Below, piece by piece: positions 26,681-42,300 of a stretch of DNA of 64,000 nucleotides (the first letter of the stretch is position 1; every line of letters begins with the position of its first letter). The position numbers and the translations under genes are program-made. The notes under the pieces are model-generated. The model was not told the origin of the DNA. It did no database searches and saw only the letters and a program-made list of their open reading frames with translations. This DNA comes from the human T2T-CHM13v2.0 reference genome, Homo sapiens. Location: the NCBI RefSeq assembly GCF_009914755.1, contig NC_060933.1. One strand, written 5' to 3'.

Positions 26681-29600
26681 TTCCTCTCGTGTTGATTCCA
26701 TTCCTTTCCATTCCATTCGGTTTGAACGCATTCCATTACATTCCATTCCATTCCATTCCTTTCCATTCCATTCCATTGTACTCGGGTTGATTGCATTCCA
26801 TTGCATTCCATTCCATTCCATTCCGTTGCATTCCATTCCATTACATTCGGAATGATTCTATTCAACTCCCTTACTCTCCATTACATTCCATTCCATTCGG
26901 GTTGTTGCATTCCATTCCATTCCATTCCACTCCATTCCACTGCACTCGGGTTGATTCCATTCCATTCCATTCCATTCCATTCCATTACAATTCGTTCCAT
27001 TCCATTCTATTCCGTACCATTCCATTCCATTCCATACCATTCCATTCCATTCCATTCCATTCCATTCCGTTCCATTCCGTTCCATTGCAATCGAGTTGAA
27101 TCCATTGCATTACATTCCATTCCATTCCATTGCATTCCATTCCGGAAGATTCCATTCCATTGCATTCCATTCCATTCCATTCCCCTGCACTCGCGTTGAT
27201 TCCATTCCATTCCATTCCATTCCATTCCATTCCGTTCCGTTCCGTTCCATTCCATTCCATTCCATTCCATTGCATTCCGTTCCGTTCCATTCCATTCCAT
27301 TCCATTCTATTCGGGTTAATTCCATTCCATTCCATTCGATTGCAATCGAGTTGATTCCATTCCATTCCATTCCATTCCATTCCATTCCATTCCATTCCAT
27401 TCCTTTCCATTCCATTACGGATGATTCCATTCCTTTGCATTCCATTCCATTCCATTCCCCTGTACTCGGGTTGATTCCATTCCATTCCATTCTGATCCAT
27501 GCCATTCCACTCGTGTTGATTCCATTCTTTCCATTCCATTCAAGTTGAATCCATTCCATTTCATTCCATTCCATTCGATTCCATTCGATTGCACTCGGGT
27601 TGATTCCATTCCATTGCATTCCATTCCATTCCATTCCATTCCATTCCATTCCGTTCCATTCCATTCCATTACATTCGGATTGATTGTATTCAATTCCCTT
27701 ACACTCCATTACATTCCATTCCATTCGGGTAGTTTCCACTCCATTCCATTCCATTCCTCTCCATTCCATTGCACTCGGGTTGATTCCATTCCATTGCATT
27801 CCATTCCATTCCATTCAATTCCATTCCGTTCCATTCCATTCCATTACATTCGGATTGATTCTATTCAACTCCCTTACTCTCCATTACATTCGATTCCATT
27901 CGGGTTGTTCCATTCCATTCCATTGCATTCCCCTCCATTCCATTGCACTCGGGTTGATTCCATTCCATTCCATTCCATTCCGGAAGATTTCATTCCATTA
28001 CATTCCATTACATTCCATTCCCCTGCACTCGCGTGGATTCCATTCCATTCCATTACATTGAATACCATTCCATTCCATTCCTTTCCGTTCCATTCCATTC
28101 CATTCCATTCCATTCCATTCCGTTCCGTTCCATTCCGTTCCATTCCATTCCATTCCATTCTATTCGGGTTAATTCCATTCCATTCCATTCTATTGTAATC
28201 GTGTTGATTCCATTCCATTCCATTCCATTCCATTCCATTCCATTCCTTTCCATTGCATTACGGATGATTCCATTCCATTGCATTCCATTCCATTCCATTC
28301 CCCTGTACTCGGGTTGATTCCATTCCATTGCATTCCAATCCATGCCCTTCCATTCGTGTTGATTCCATTCTTTCCATTGCATTCAAGTTGAATCCATTCC
28401 ATTGCATTCCATTCCATTCGATTCCATTCGATTGCACTCGGGTTGATTCCATTCCATTGCATTCCATTCCATTCCATTCCATTCCATTCCATTCCGTTCC
28501 ATTCCATTCCATTACATTCGGATTGATTCTATTCAATTCCCTTACACTCCATTACATTCCATTCCATTCGGGTAGTTTCCATTCCATTCCATTCCATTCC
28601 TCTCCATTCCATTGCACTCGGGTTGATTCCATTCCATTGCATTCCATTCCATTCCATTCAAATCCATTCCGTTCCATTCCATTCCATTACATTCGGATTG
28701 CTTCTATTCATCTCCCTTAGTTTCCATTACATTCCATTCCATTCGGGTTGTTCCATTCCATTCCATTCCATTCCACTCCATTCCATTGCACTCGGGTTGA
28801 TTCCATTCCATTCCATTCCATTCCATTCCATTCCATTCCATTCCATTCCATTCCATTCCGGAAGATTCCATTCCATTGCATTCCATTCCATTCCATTCCC
28901 CTGCACTCGCGTTGATTCCATTCCATTCCATTCCATTCCATTCCATTCCTTTCTGTTCCATTCCATTCCATTCCATTCCATTCCATTCCGTTCCGTTACG
29001 TTCCATTCCATTCCATTCTATTCTATTCTGGTTAATTCCATGCCATTCCATTCGATTGCAATCGAGTTGATTCCATTCTATTCCATTCCATTCCATTCCA
29101 TTCCATTCCATTCCATTCCTTTCCATTCCATTACGGATGATTCCATTCCATTTTATTCCATTCCATTCCATTCCCCTGTACTCGGGTTGATTCCATTCCA
29201 TTCCATTCCAATCCATGCCATTCCACTCGTGTTGATTCCATTCTTTCCATTCCATTCAAGTTGATTCCATTCCATTGCATTCCATTCCATTCCATTCCCC
29301 TGCAGTCGGGTTGATTCCATTCCATTCCATTCCATTCCATTCCATTCCATTCCATTCCGTTCCGTTCCATTCCATTCCATTCCTTTCTATTCGGGTTAAT
29401 TCCATTCCATTCCATTCCATTCCATTCCATTCCATTCAAATCGAGTTGATTCCATTCCATTCCATTCCATTCCATTCCATTCCATTCCATTCCATTCCAC
29501 TCCATTCCAGTCCTTTCCATTCCATTCCACTCGGGTTGATTCCAATGTATTCCTTTCCATTCCATTCCATTCCATTGCAATCGAGTTGATTCCATTGCTT

Positions 29601-32600
29601 TGCATTGGATTCCATTCCATTCCATTCCGGATGATTCCATTCCATTGCATTCCATTCCATTACATTCCCCTGCACTCGGGTTGATTCCATTCCATTCCAG
29701 TCCATTCCGTTCCATTCCATTCCATTCCATTGTATTCGGGTTAATTCCATTCCATTCCATTCCATTCCATTCCATTACAATCGAGTTGATTCCATTCTAT
29801 TCCATTCCATTCCAGTCCTTTCCATTCCATTCCACTCGGGTTGATTCCATTCTATTAGTTTCCATTCCATTCCATTCCCTTCCATTCCACTCTGGTTGAT
29901 TCCATTCCTTTGCATTCCACTCGAATACATTCCCTCCTATTCCACTCGGAACGATTCCATTCCATTCCATTCCATTCCATTCCATTTCGTTCCATTCCAT
30001 TCTGTTCCGTATCATTCCATTCCATTCCATTCCATTCCATTGTACTCGGGTTGGTTCCATTCCATTGCATTCCATTCCATTCCATTCCATTCCATTCCAT
30101 TCCATTCCGTTGCATTCCATTCCATTACATTCGGATTGATTCTATTCAACTCCCTTACTCTCCATTACATTCCATTCCATTCGGGTTGTTCCATTCCATT
30201 GCATTCCATTCCACTCCATTCCATTGCACTCGGGTTGATTCCATTCCATTCCATTCCATTCCATTCCATTCCGGATGATTCCATTCCATTACATTCTGTT
30301 CCATTACATTCCCCTGCACTCACGTTGATTCCATTCCATTCCATTCCATTCCATTCAATTCCATTCCATTACAATTCGTTCCATTCCATTCTATTCCGTA
30401 ACATTCCATTCCATTGCATACCATTCCATTCCATTCCATTCCATTCCGTTCCATTCCATTCCATTCCATTCCATTCGGATTAATTCCATTCCATTACATT
30501 CCATTCCATTCTATTCCATTCCATTGCAATCGAGTTGAATCCATTGCATTTCATTCCATTCCATTCCATTCCATTCCATTCCGGAAGATTCCATTCCATT
30601 GCATTCCATTCCATTCCATTTCCCTGCACTCGCGTTGATGCCATTCCATTCCATTCCATTCCATTCCGTTCCGTTCCATTCCATTCCATTCCATTCCATT
30701 CCGTTCCGTTCCATTCCATTCCATTCCATTCTATTCGGGTTAATTGCATTCCATTCCATTCGATTGCAATCGAGTTGATTCCATTCCATTCCATTCCATT
30801 CCATTCCATTCCATTCCATTACATTCCTTTCCATTCCATTACGGATGATTCCATTCCATTGCATTCCATTCCATTCCATTCCCCTGTACTCGGGTTGATT
30901 CCATTCCATTCCATTCCAATCCATGCCATTCCACTCGTGTTGATTCCATTCTTTCCATTCCATTCAAGTTGATTCCATTCCATTGCATTCCATTCCTTTC
31001 GATTCCATTCGATTCCATTTCGTTCCATTCCATTCCATTACATTCGGATTGATTCTATTCAATTCCCTTACACTCCATTACATTACATTCCATTCGGGTA
31101 GTTTCCATTCCATTCCATTCCATTCCTCTCCATTCCATTGCACTCGGGTTGATTCCATTCCATTGCATTCCATTCCATTCCATTCAATTCTATTCCGTTC
31201 CATTCCATTCCATTACATTCGGATTGATTCTATTCAACTCCCTTACTCTCCATTCCATTCCATTCCATTCCATTCCGGAAGATTCCATTCCATTGCATTC
31301 CATTCCATTCCATTCCCCTGCACTCGCGTTGATTCTATTCTATTCCATTCTATTCCGTTCCATTCCCTTCCTTTCCGTTCCATTCCATTCCATTCCATTC
31401 CATTCCATTCCGTTCCGTTCCGTTCCATTCCATTCCATTCCATTCCATTCTATTCGGGTTAATTCCATTCCATTCCATTCGATTGCAATCGAGTTGATTC
31501 CATTCCATTCCATTCCATTCCATTCCATTCCATTCTGGATGATTCCATTCCATTGCATTCCATTCCATTCCATTCCCCTGTACTCGGGTTGATTCCATTC
31601 CATTCCATTCCAATCCATGCCCTTCCACTCGTGTTGATTCCATTATTTCCATTCCATTCTAGTTGAATCCATTCCATTGCATTCCATTCCATTCGACTCC
31701 ATTCGATTGCACTCGGGTTGATTCCATTCCATTGCATTCCATTCCATTCCATTCCATTCCATTCCATTCCATTCCATTCCGTTCCATTCCATTCCATTAC
31801 ATTCGGATTGATTCTATTCAACTCCCTTACTCTCCATTACATTCGATTCCATTCGGGTTGTTCCATTCCATTCCATTCCATTCTACTCCATTCCATTGCA
31901 CTCGGGTTGATTCCATTACATTCCATTCCATTCCGGAAGATTCCATTTCATTGCATTCCATTACATTCCATTCCCCTGCACTCGCGTTGATTCCATTCCT
32001 TTCCATTCCATTCCATTCCATTCCATTCCATTCCGTTCCGTTCCATTCCATTCCATTCCATTCCATTCCATTCCATTCCGTTCCGTTCCATTCCATTCCA
32101 TTGCATTATATTCGGGTTAATTCCATTCCATTCCATTCGATTGCAATCGTGTTGATTCCATTCCATTCCATTCCATTCCATTCCATTCAATTCCATTCCG
32201 TTCCATTCCATTCCATTATATTCGGATTGATTCTACTGAACTCCCTTACTCTACATTATATTCCATTCCATTCGGGTTGTTCCATTCCATTCCATTCCAT
32301 TCCACTCCATTCCATTGCACTCGGGTTTGTTCCATTCCATTCCATTCCATTCCATTCCATTCCATTCCATTCCGGAAGATTCCATTCCATTGCATTCCAT
32401 TCCATTCCATTCCCCTGCACTCGCGTTGATTCCATTCCATTCCATTCCATTCCATTCCATTCCATTCCATTCCATTCCTTTCCGTTCCGTTCCATTCCAT
32501 TCCATTCCATTCCATTCCATTCCATTCCGTTCCGTTCCGTTCCATTCCATTCCATTCCATTCTATTCGGGTTAATTCCATTCCATTCCATTCGATTGCAA

Positions 32601-32999
32601 TCGAGTTGATTCCATTCCATTCCATTCCATTCCATTCCATTCCATTCCATTCCATTCCTTTCCATTCCATTACGGATGATTCCATTCCGTTACATTACTT
32701 TCCATTCCATTCCCCTGTACTCGGGTTGATTCCATTCCATTCCATTCCATTCCATTCCATTCCGGATGATTCCATTGCATTGCATTCCTTTCCATTACAT
32801 TACCCTGCACTCGCGTTGATTGCATTCCATTCCATTCCATTCCATTCAATTCCATTCCATTACAATTCGTTCCATTCCATTCTATCCCGTACCATTCCAT
32901 TCCATTGCATACCATTCCATTCCATTCCATTCCATTCCGTTCCATTCCATACCATTCCATTCCATTCCATTCCGTTCCGTTCCATTCCATTCCATTCTA

Positions 33000-35900
33000 T
33001 TCGGGTTAATTCCATTCCATTCCATTCCCTTCCATTCCATTCCATTACAATCGAGTTGATTCCATTCCATTCCATTCCATGCCATTCCATTCCATTCCAG
33101 TCCTTTCCATTCCATTCCACTCGGGTTGATTCCATTCTATTAGTTTCCATTCCATTCCATTCCCTTCCATTCCACTCTGGTTGATTCCATTCCTTTCCAT
33201 TCCACTCGAATACATTCCCTGCTATTCCACTCGGAACGATTCCATTCCATTCCATTCCATTCCATTCCATTCCATTCCAGTTCGTTCCATTCCGTTCTAT
33301 TCCGTACCATGCCATTCCATTCCATTCCTTTCCATTCCATTCCTTTCCACTCGTGTTGATTCCATTCCTTTCCATTCCATTCGGTTTGAAGGCATTCCAT
33401 TCCATTCAATTCCATTCCATTCCATTCCATTCTATTCCATTCCATTGCAATCGAGTTGAATCCATTGCCTTTCATTCCATTCCATTCCATTCCATTCCGG
33501 AAGATTCCATTCCATTGCATTCCATTCCATTCCATTCCCCTGCACTCGCGTTGATTCCATTCCATTCCATTCCATTCCGTTCCGTTCCATTCCATTCCAT
33601 TCCATTCCATTCCATTCCGTTCCGTTCCATTCCATTCCATTCCATTCCATTCCATTCCATTCCATTCCGTTCCGTTCCATTCCATTCCATTCCATTCTAT
33701 TCGGGTTAATTCCATTCCATTCCATTCGATTGCCATCGAGTTGATTCCATTCCATTCCATTCCATTCCATTCCATTCCATTCCATTCCTTTCCATTCCAT
33801 TACGGATGACTCCATTCCATTGCATTCCATTCCATTCCATTCCATTCCCCTGTACTCGGGTTGATTCCATTCCATTCCATACCACTCCATTCGGTTCCGT
33901 TGCATTCCAATCTATTGCATTCCATCTATTCGGGTTAATTCCATTCCATTCTATTCCATTCCATTCCATTCCATTCCATTGCAATGGAGTTGATTCCATT
34001 CCATTCCATTCCATTCCGGATGATTCCATTCCATTGCATTCCATTCCATTCCATTCCCCTGCACTCGTGTTGATTGCATTCCCTTCCATTCCATTCCATT
34101 CCGTTCCATTCCATTCCATTCCATTCTATTCCGGTTAATTCCATTCCATTCCATTCCATTCCATTCCATTCCATTGCAATCGAGTTGATTCCATTCCATT
34201 CCTTTCCATTCCATTCCATTGCGTTGCATTCCACTCGGGTTGATTCCATTCCCTTCTTTCCACTCCATTACATTCCCTTCCATGATTGATTCCATTCCAT
34301 TCCATTCCATTTCATTCCCTTGCAATCCATTCCAACCCATTCCATTCCATTCCATTCCACTCGAGTTGACTTCATTCCATTCCTTTCCATTCCATTCCAT
34401 TCCTTTCCACTCGAGTTGATTCCATCCCATTCTAATCCATTGCATTCCATTCCATGCCATTCCACTCGGGTTGATTCCATTCCTTTGCATTCCATTCCAT
34501 TACATTCCATTCCATTCCATTCCATTCCGTTGCATTCCATTCCATTACATTCGGATTGATTCTATTCAACTCCCTTACTCTCCTTTACATTCCATTCCAT
34601 TCGGGTTGTTCCATTCCATTCCATTCCATTCCACTCCATTCCATTGCACTCGGGTTAATTCCATTCCATTCCATTCCATTCCATTCCATTCCATTCCATT
34701 CCGGATGATTCCATTCCATTGCATTCCGTTCCATTACATTCCCCTGCACTCGCGTTGATTCCATTCCATTCCATTCCTTTCCATTCAATTCCATTCCATT
34801 ACAATTCGTTCCATTCCATTCTATTCCGTAGCATTCCATTCCATTCCATACCATTCCATTCCATTCCATTCCATTCCATTCCATTCCATTCCGTTCCATT
34901 CCCTTCCATTCCATTCCATTCCATTCTATTCGGGTTAATCCCATTCCATTCCATTCCATTCCATTCCATTCTATTCCATTCCATTGCAATCGAGTTGAAT
35001 CCATTGCATTTCATTCCATTCCATTCCATTCCATTCCGGAAGATTCCATTCCATTGCATTCCATTCCATGCCATTCCCCTGCACTCGCGTTGATTCCATT
35101 CCATTCCATTCCATTCCATTGCATTCCATTCCATTCCATTCCGTTCCATTCTGTTCCATTCCCTTCCATTCCATTCCATTCCATTCCATTCCGTTCCGTT
35201 CCATTCCATTCCATTCCATTCTATTCGGGTTAATTCCATTCCATTCCATTCGATTGCAATCGTGTTGATTCCATTCCATTCCATTCCATTCCATTCCATT
35301 CCATTCCATTCCATTCCTTTCCATTCCATTACGGATGATTCCATTCCATTGCATTCCATTCCATTCCATTCCCCTGTACTCGGGTTGATTCCATTCCATT
35401 GCATTCCATTCCATGCCCTTCCACTCGTGTTGATTCCATTCTTTCCATTCCATTCAAGTTGAATCCATTCCATTGCATTCCATTCCATTCGATTCCATTC
35501 GATTGCACTCGGGTTGATTCCATTCCATTGCATTCCATTCCATTCCATTCCATTCCATTCCATTCCATTACGTTCGGATTGATTCTATTCAACTCCCTTA
35601 CTCTCCATTACATTCCATTTCATTCGGGTAGTTTCCATTCCATTCCATTCCATTCCACTCCATTCCATTGCTCTCGGGTTGATTCCATTCCATTGCATTC
35701 CATTCCATTCCATTCCATTCCATACCGGAAGATTCCATTCCATTGCATTCCATTCCATTCCATTCCCCTGCACTCGCGTTGATTCCATTCCATTCCATTC
35801 CATTCCATTCCATTCCATTCCATTCCATTCCATTCCTTTCCGTTCCATTCCATTCCATTCCATTCCATTCTATTCCATTCCATTCCATTCCGTTCCATTC

Positions 35901-38090
35901 CATTCCATTCCATTCTATTCGGATTAATTCCATTCCATTCCATTCGATTGCAATCGAGTTGATTCCATTCCATTCCATTCCATTCCATTCCATTCCATTC
36001 CATTCCATTGCATTCCATTCCTTTCTATACCATTACGGATGATTCCATTCCATTGCATTCCATTCCATTCCATTCCCCTGTACTCGGGTTGATTCCATTC
36101 CATTCCATTCCAATCCATGCCATTCCACTCGTGTTGATTCCATTCTTTCCATTCCATTCAAGATGAATCCATTCCATTGCATTCCATTCCATTCCATTCC
36201 ACTCCATTCCAGTCCTTTCCATTCCATTCCACTCGGGTTGATTCCAATGTATTCCTTTCCATTCCATTCCATTCTATTGCAATCGAGTTGATTCCATTGC
36301 TTTGCATTCCATTCCATTCCATTCCATTCCGGATGATTCCATTCCATTGCATTCCATTCCATTCCATTCCCCTGCACTCGGGTTGATTCCATTCCATTCC
36401 ACTGCATTCCGTTCCATTCCATTCCATTCCATTGTATTCGGGTTAATTCCATTCCATTCCATTCCATTCCATTCCATTACAATCGAGTTGATTCCATTCC
36501 ATTCCATTCCATTCCAGTCCTTTCCATTCCATTCCACTCGGGTTGATTCCATTCTATTAGTTTCCATTCCATTCCATTCCCTTCCATTCCACTCTGGTTG
36601 ATTCCATTCCTTTCCATTCCACTCGAATACATTCCCTCCTTTTCCACTCGGAACGATTCCATTCCATTCCATTCCATTCCATTCCATTCCATTCCAGTTC
36701 GTTCCATTCCGTTCTATTCCGTACCATTCCATTCCATTCCATTCCTTTCCATTCAATTCCTTTCCACTCGTGTTGATTCCATTCCTTTCCATTCCATTCG
36801 GTTTGAAGGCATTCCATTCCATTCAATTCCATTCCATTCCATTCCATTCCATTCCATTCCATTCCATTCTATTCCATTCCATTGCAATCGAGTTGAATCC
36901 ATTGCCTTTCATTCCATTCCATTCCATTCTATTCCGGAAGATTCCATTCCATTGCATTCCATTCCATTCCATTCCCCTGCACTCGCGTTGATTCCATTCA
37001 ATTCCATTCAATTCCATTCCGTTCCGTTCCATTCCATTCCATTCCATTCCATTCCGTTCCGTTCCATTCCATTCCATTCCATTCTATTCGGGTTAATTCC
37101 ATTCCATTCCATTCGATTGCCATCGAGTTGATTCCATTCCATTCCATTCCATTCCATTCCATTCCATTCCATTCCATTCCTTTCCATTCCATTACGGATG
37201 ACTCCATTCCATTGCATTCCATTCCATTCCATTCCCCTGTACTCGGGTTGATTCCATTCCATTCCATTCCACTCCATTCGGTTCCGTTGCATTCCATTCT
37301 ATTGCATTCCATCTATTCGGGTTAATTCCATTCCATTCTATTCCATTCCATTCCATTCCATTCCATTGCAATGAAGTTGATTCCATTCCATTCCATTCCA
37401 TTCCGGATGATTCCATTCCATTGCATTCCATTCCATTCCATTCCCCTGCACTCGTGTTGATTCCAATCCCTTCCATTCCATTCCATTCCGTTCCATTCCA
37501 TTCCATTCCATTCTATTCCGGTTAATTCCATTCCATTCCATTCCATTCCATTCCATTCCATTGCAATCGAGTTGATTCCATTCCATTCCTTTGCATTCCA
37601 TTCCATTGCGTTGCATTCCACTCGGGTTGATTCCATTCCCTTATTTCCACTCCATTACATTCCCTTCCATGATTGATTCCATTCCATTCCATTCCATTTC
37701 ATTCCATTGCAATCCATTCCAATCCATTCCATTCCATTCCATTCCACTCGAGTTGACTTCATTCCATTCCTTTCCATTCCATTCCATTCTTTTCCACTCG
37801 AGTTGATTCCATTCCATTCCAATCCATTGCATTCCATTCCATGCCATTCCACTCGGGTTGATTCCATTCCTTTGCATTCCATTCCATTCCATTCCATTCC
37901 ATTCCATTCCATTCCATTCCATTCCGTTGCATTCCATTCCATTACATTCGGATTGATTCTATTCAACTCCCTTGCTCTCCATTACATTCCATTCCATTCG
38001 GGTTGTTCCATTCCATTCCATTCCATTCCACTCCATTCCATTGCACTCGGGTTGATTCCATTCCATTCCATTCCATTCCATTCCATTCCA
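33000..38090 (+). repeat. Two diverged copies of a ~1.65-kb block (~33000-34690 and ~36435-38090), spacing ~3.4 kb
   Basis: Offsets are 3387-3417 (33181->36598, 33935->37322, 34268->37655). Words found only here are shared by both copies (CATCTATTCGGG, GCGTTGCA, CATGATTGATT, GAGTTGACTTC). Confidence 0.85.
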
Positions 38091-39310
38091 TTCAATTCCA
38101 TTCCTTTCCATTCCATTCCATTACATTCGGATTGATTCTATTCAACTCCCTTACTCTCCATTACATTCCATTCCATTCGGGTTGTTCCATTCCATTCCAT
38201 TCCATTCCACTCCATTCCATTGCAGTCGGGTTGATTCCATTCCATTCCATTCCATTCCATTCCATTCCATTCTATTCCATTCCATTGCAATCGAGTTGAA
38301 TCCATTGCATTCGATTCCATTCCATTCCGGAAGATTCCATTCCATTGCATTCCATTCCATTCCATTCCCCTGCACTGGCGTTGATTCCATTCCATTCCAT
38401 TCCATTCCATTCCGTTCCGTTCCGTTCCGTTCCATTCCATTCCATTCCGTTCCGTTCCGTTCCTTTCCATTCCATTCCATTCTATTCGGGTTAATTCCAT
38501 TCCATTCCATTCGATTGCAATCGAGTTGATTCCATTCCATTCCATTCCATTCCATTCCATTCCATTCCTTTCCATTCCATTACGGATGATTCCATTCCAT
38601 TGCATTACATTCCATTCCATTCCCCTGTACTCGGGTTGATTCCATTCCATTCCTTTCCATTCCATTCTATTCCATTCCATTCCATTCCATTCCCCTGCAC
38701 TCGCGTTGATTCCATTCCATTCCATTCCATTCCATTCCATTCCATTTTCTTCCGTTCCATTCCATTCCGTTCCCTTCCATTCCGTTCCGTTCCATTCCAT
38801 TCCATTCCATTCTATTCGGGTTAATTCCATTCCATTCCTTTCGATTGCAATCGTGTTGATTCCATTCCATTCCATTCCATTCCATTCCATTCCATTCCAT
38901 TCCATTCCTTTCCATTCCATTACGGATGATTCCATTCCATTGCATTCCATTCCATTCCATTCCCCTGTACTCGGGTTTATTCCATTCCATTGCATTGCAA
39001 TCCATGCCCTTCCACTCGTGTTGATTCCATTCTTTCCATTCCATTCAAGTTGAATCCATTCCATTGCATTCCATTCAATTCGATTCCATTCGATTGCACT
39101 CGGGTTGATTCCATTACATTGCATTCCATTCCATTCCATTCCATTCCATTCCATTCCGTTCCATTCCATTCCATTACATTCGGGTTGATTCTATTCAATT
39201 CCCTTACACTCCATTACATTCCATTCCATTCGGGTAGTTTCCATTCCATTCCATTCCATTCCTCTCCATTCCATTGCACTCGGGTTGATTCCATTCCATT
39301 CCATTCCATT

Positions 39311-42300
39311 CCATTCCGTTCCGTTCCGTTCCGTTCCGTTCCATTCCATTCCATTCCATTCTATTCGGGTTAATTCCATTCCATTCCATTCCATTGCAAA
39401 GGAGTTGATTCCATTCCATTCCATTCCATTCCATTCCATTCCATTCCTTTCCATTCCATTACGGATGATTCCATTCCATTGCATTCCATTCCATTCCATT
39501 CCCCTGTACTCGGGTTGATTCCATTCCATTCCATTCCAATTCCTGCCATTCCACTCGTGTTTATTCCATTCTTTCCATTCCATTCAAGTTGAATCCATTC
39601 CATTGCATTCCATTCCATTCCATTCCCCTGCAGTCGGGTTGTTTCCATTCCATTCCATTCCATTCCATTCCATTCCATTCCGTTCCATTCCATTCCATTA
39701 TATTCTATTCGGGTTAATTCCATTCCATTCCATTCCATTCCATTCCATTCCATTCCAATCGAGTTGATTCCATTCCATTCCATTCCATTCCATTCCACTC
39801 CATTCCAGTCCTTCCCATTCCATTCCACTCGGGTTAATCCCAATGTATTCCTTTCCATTCCATTCTATTCCATTGCAATCGAGCTGATTCCATTGCTTTG
39901 CATTCCATTCCATTCTATTCCATTCCGGATGATTCCATTCCATTGCATTCCATTCCATTCCATTCCGCTGCACTCGGGTTGATTCCATTCCATTCCACTC
40001 CATTCCGTTCCATTCCATTCCATTGCATTGTATTCAGGTTAATTCCATTCCATTCCATTCCATTCCATTCCATTCCATTCCATTCCATTCCATTCCATTA
40101 CAATCGAGTTGATTCCATTCCATTCCATTCCATTCCATTCCAGTCCTTTCCATTCCATTCCTCTCGGGTTGATTCCATTCTATTAGTTTCCATTCCATTC
40201 CATTCCCTTCCATTCCACTCTGGTTGATTCCATTCCTTTCCATTCCACTCGAATACATTCCCTCCTATTCCACTCGGAAGGATTCCATTCCATTCCATTC
40301 CATTCCATTCCATTCCATTCCATTCCATTCCATTTTGTTCCATTCCATTCTATTCCGTATCATTCCATTCCATTCCATTTCATTCCATTCCATTCCATTG
40401 CATTCAATTGTACTCGGGTTGATTCAATTCCATTGCATTCCATTCCATTCCATTCCATTCCATTCCGTTGCATTCCATTCCATTACATTCGGATTGATTC
40501 TATTCAACTCCCTTACTCTCCATTACATTCCATTCCATTCGGGTTGTTCCATTCCATTCCATTCCATTCCACTCCATTCCATTGCACTCGGGTTGATTCC
40601 ATTCCATTCCATTCCATTCCATTCCATTCCGGATGATTCCATTCCATTGCATTCCGTTCCATTACTTTCCCCTGCACTCGCGTTGATTCCATTCCATTCC
40701 ATTCCATTCCATTCAATTCCATTCCATTACAATTCGTTTCATTCCATTCCATTCCGTACCATTCCATTCCATTCCATACCATTCCATTCCATTCCATTCC
40801 ATTCCATTGCGTTCCATTCCGTTCCATTCCATTCCATTCCATTCTATTCGAATTAATTCCATTCCATTCCATTCCATTCTATTCCATTCCATAGCAATCG
40901 AGTTGAATCCATTGCATTTCATTCCATTCCATTCCATTCCATTCCATTCCGGAAGATTCCATTCCATTGCATTCCATTCCATTCCCCTGCACTCGCGTTG
41001 ATTCCATTCCATTCCATTCCATTCCATTCCATTCCATTCCATTCCATTCCGTTCCGTTCCATTCCATTCCATTTCATTCCATTCTATTCCGTTCCGTTCC
41101 ATTCCATTCCATTCCATTCTATTCGGGTTAATTCCATTCCATTCCATTCGATTCCAATCGAGTTGATTCCATTCCATTCCATTCCTTTCCATTCCACTCC
41201 ATTCCAGTCCTTTCCATTCCATTCCACTCGGGTTGATTCCAATGTATTCCTTTCCATTCCATTCCATTCCATTGCAATCGAGTTGATTCCATTGCTTTGC
41301 ATTCCATTCCATTCCATTCCATTCCGGATGATTCCATTCCATTGCATTCCATTCCATTCCATTCCCCTGCACTCGGGTTGATTCCATTCCATTCCACTCC
41401 ATTCCGTTTCATTCCATTCCATTCCATTTTATTCGGGTTAATTCCATTCCATTGCATTCCATTCCATTCCATTCCCCTGCATTCGGGTTGATTCCATTCC
41501 ATTCCACTCCATTCCGTTCCATTCCATTCCATTCCATTGTATTCGGGTTAATTCCATTCCATTCCATTCCATTCCATTCCATTTCATTCCATTACAATCG
41601 AGTTAATTCCATTCCATTCCATTCCATTCCATTCCATTCCATTCCAGTCCTTTCCTTTCCATTCCACTCGGGTTGATTCCATTTTATTAGTTTCCATTCC
41701 ATTCCATTCCCTTCCATTCCACTCTGGTTGATTCCATTCCTTTCCATTCCCCTCGAATACATTCCCTCCTATTCCACTCGGAACGATTCCATTCCATTCC
41801 ATTCCATTCCATTCCATTCCATTCCATTTCGTTCCATTCCATTCTATTCCGTATCATTCCATTGCATTCCATTCCATTCCTTTCCACTCGTGTTGATTCC
41901 ATTCCTTTCCATTCCATTCGGTTTGACGGCATTCCATTCCATTCAATTCCATTCCATTCCATTCCATTCCATTCCATTCTATTCCACTCCATTGCAATCG
42001 AGTTGAATCCATTGCCTTTCATTCCATTCCATTCCATTCCATTCCATTCCGGAATATTCCTTTCCATTGCATTCCATTCCATTCCATTCCCCTGCACTCG
42101 CGTTGATTCCATTCCATTCCATTCCATTCCATTCCGTTCCGTTCCATTCCATTCCATTCCATTCCATTCCATTCCGTTCCTTTCTATTCCATTCCATTGC
42201 AATCGAATTGAATCCATTGCCTTTCATTCCATTCCATTCCATTCCATTCCATTCCGGAAGATTCCATTCCATTGCATTCCATTCCATTCCATTCCCCTGC

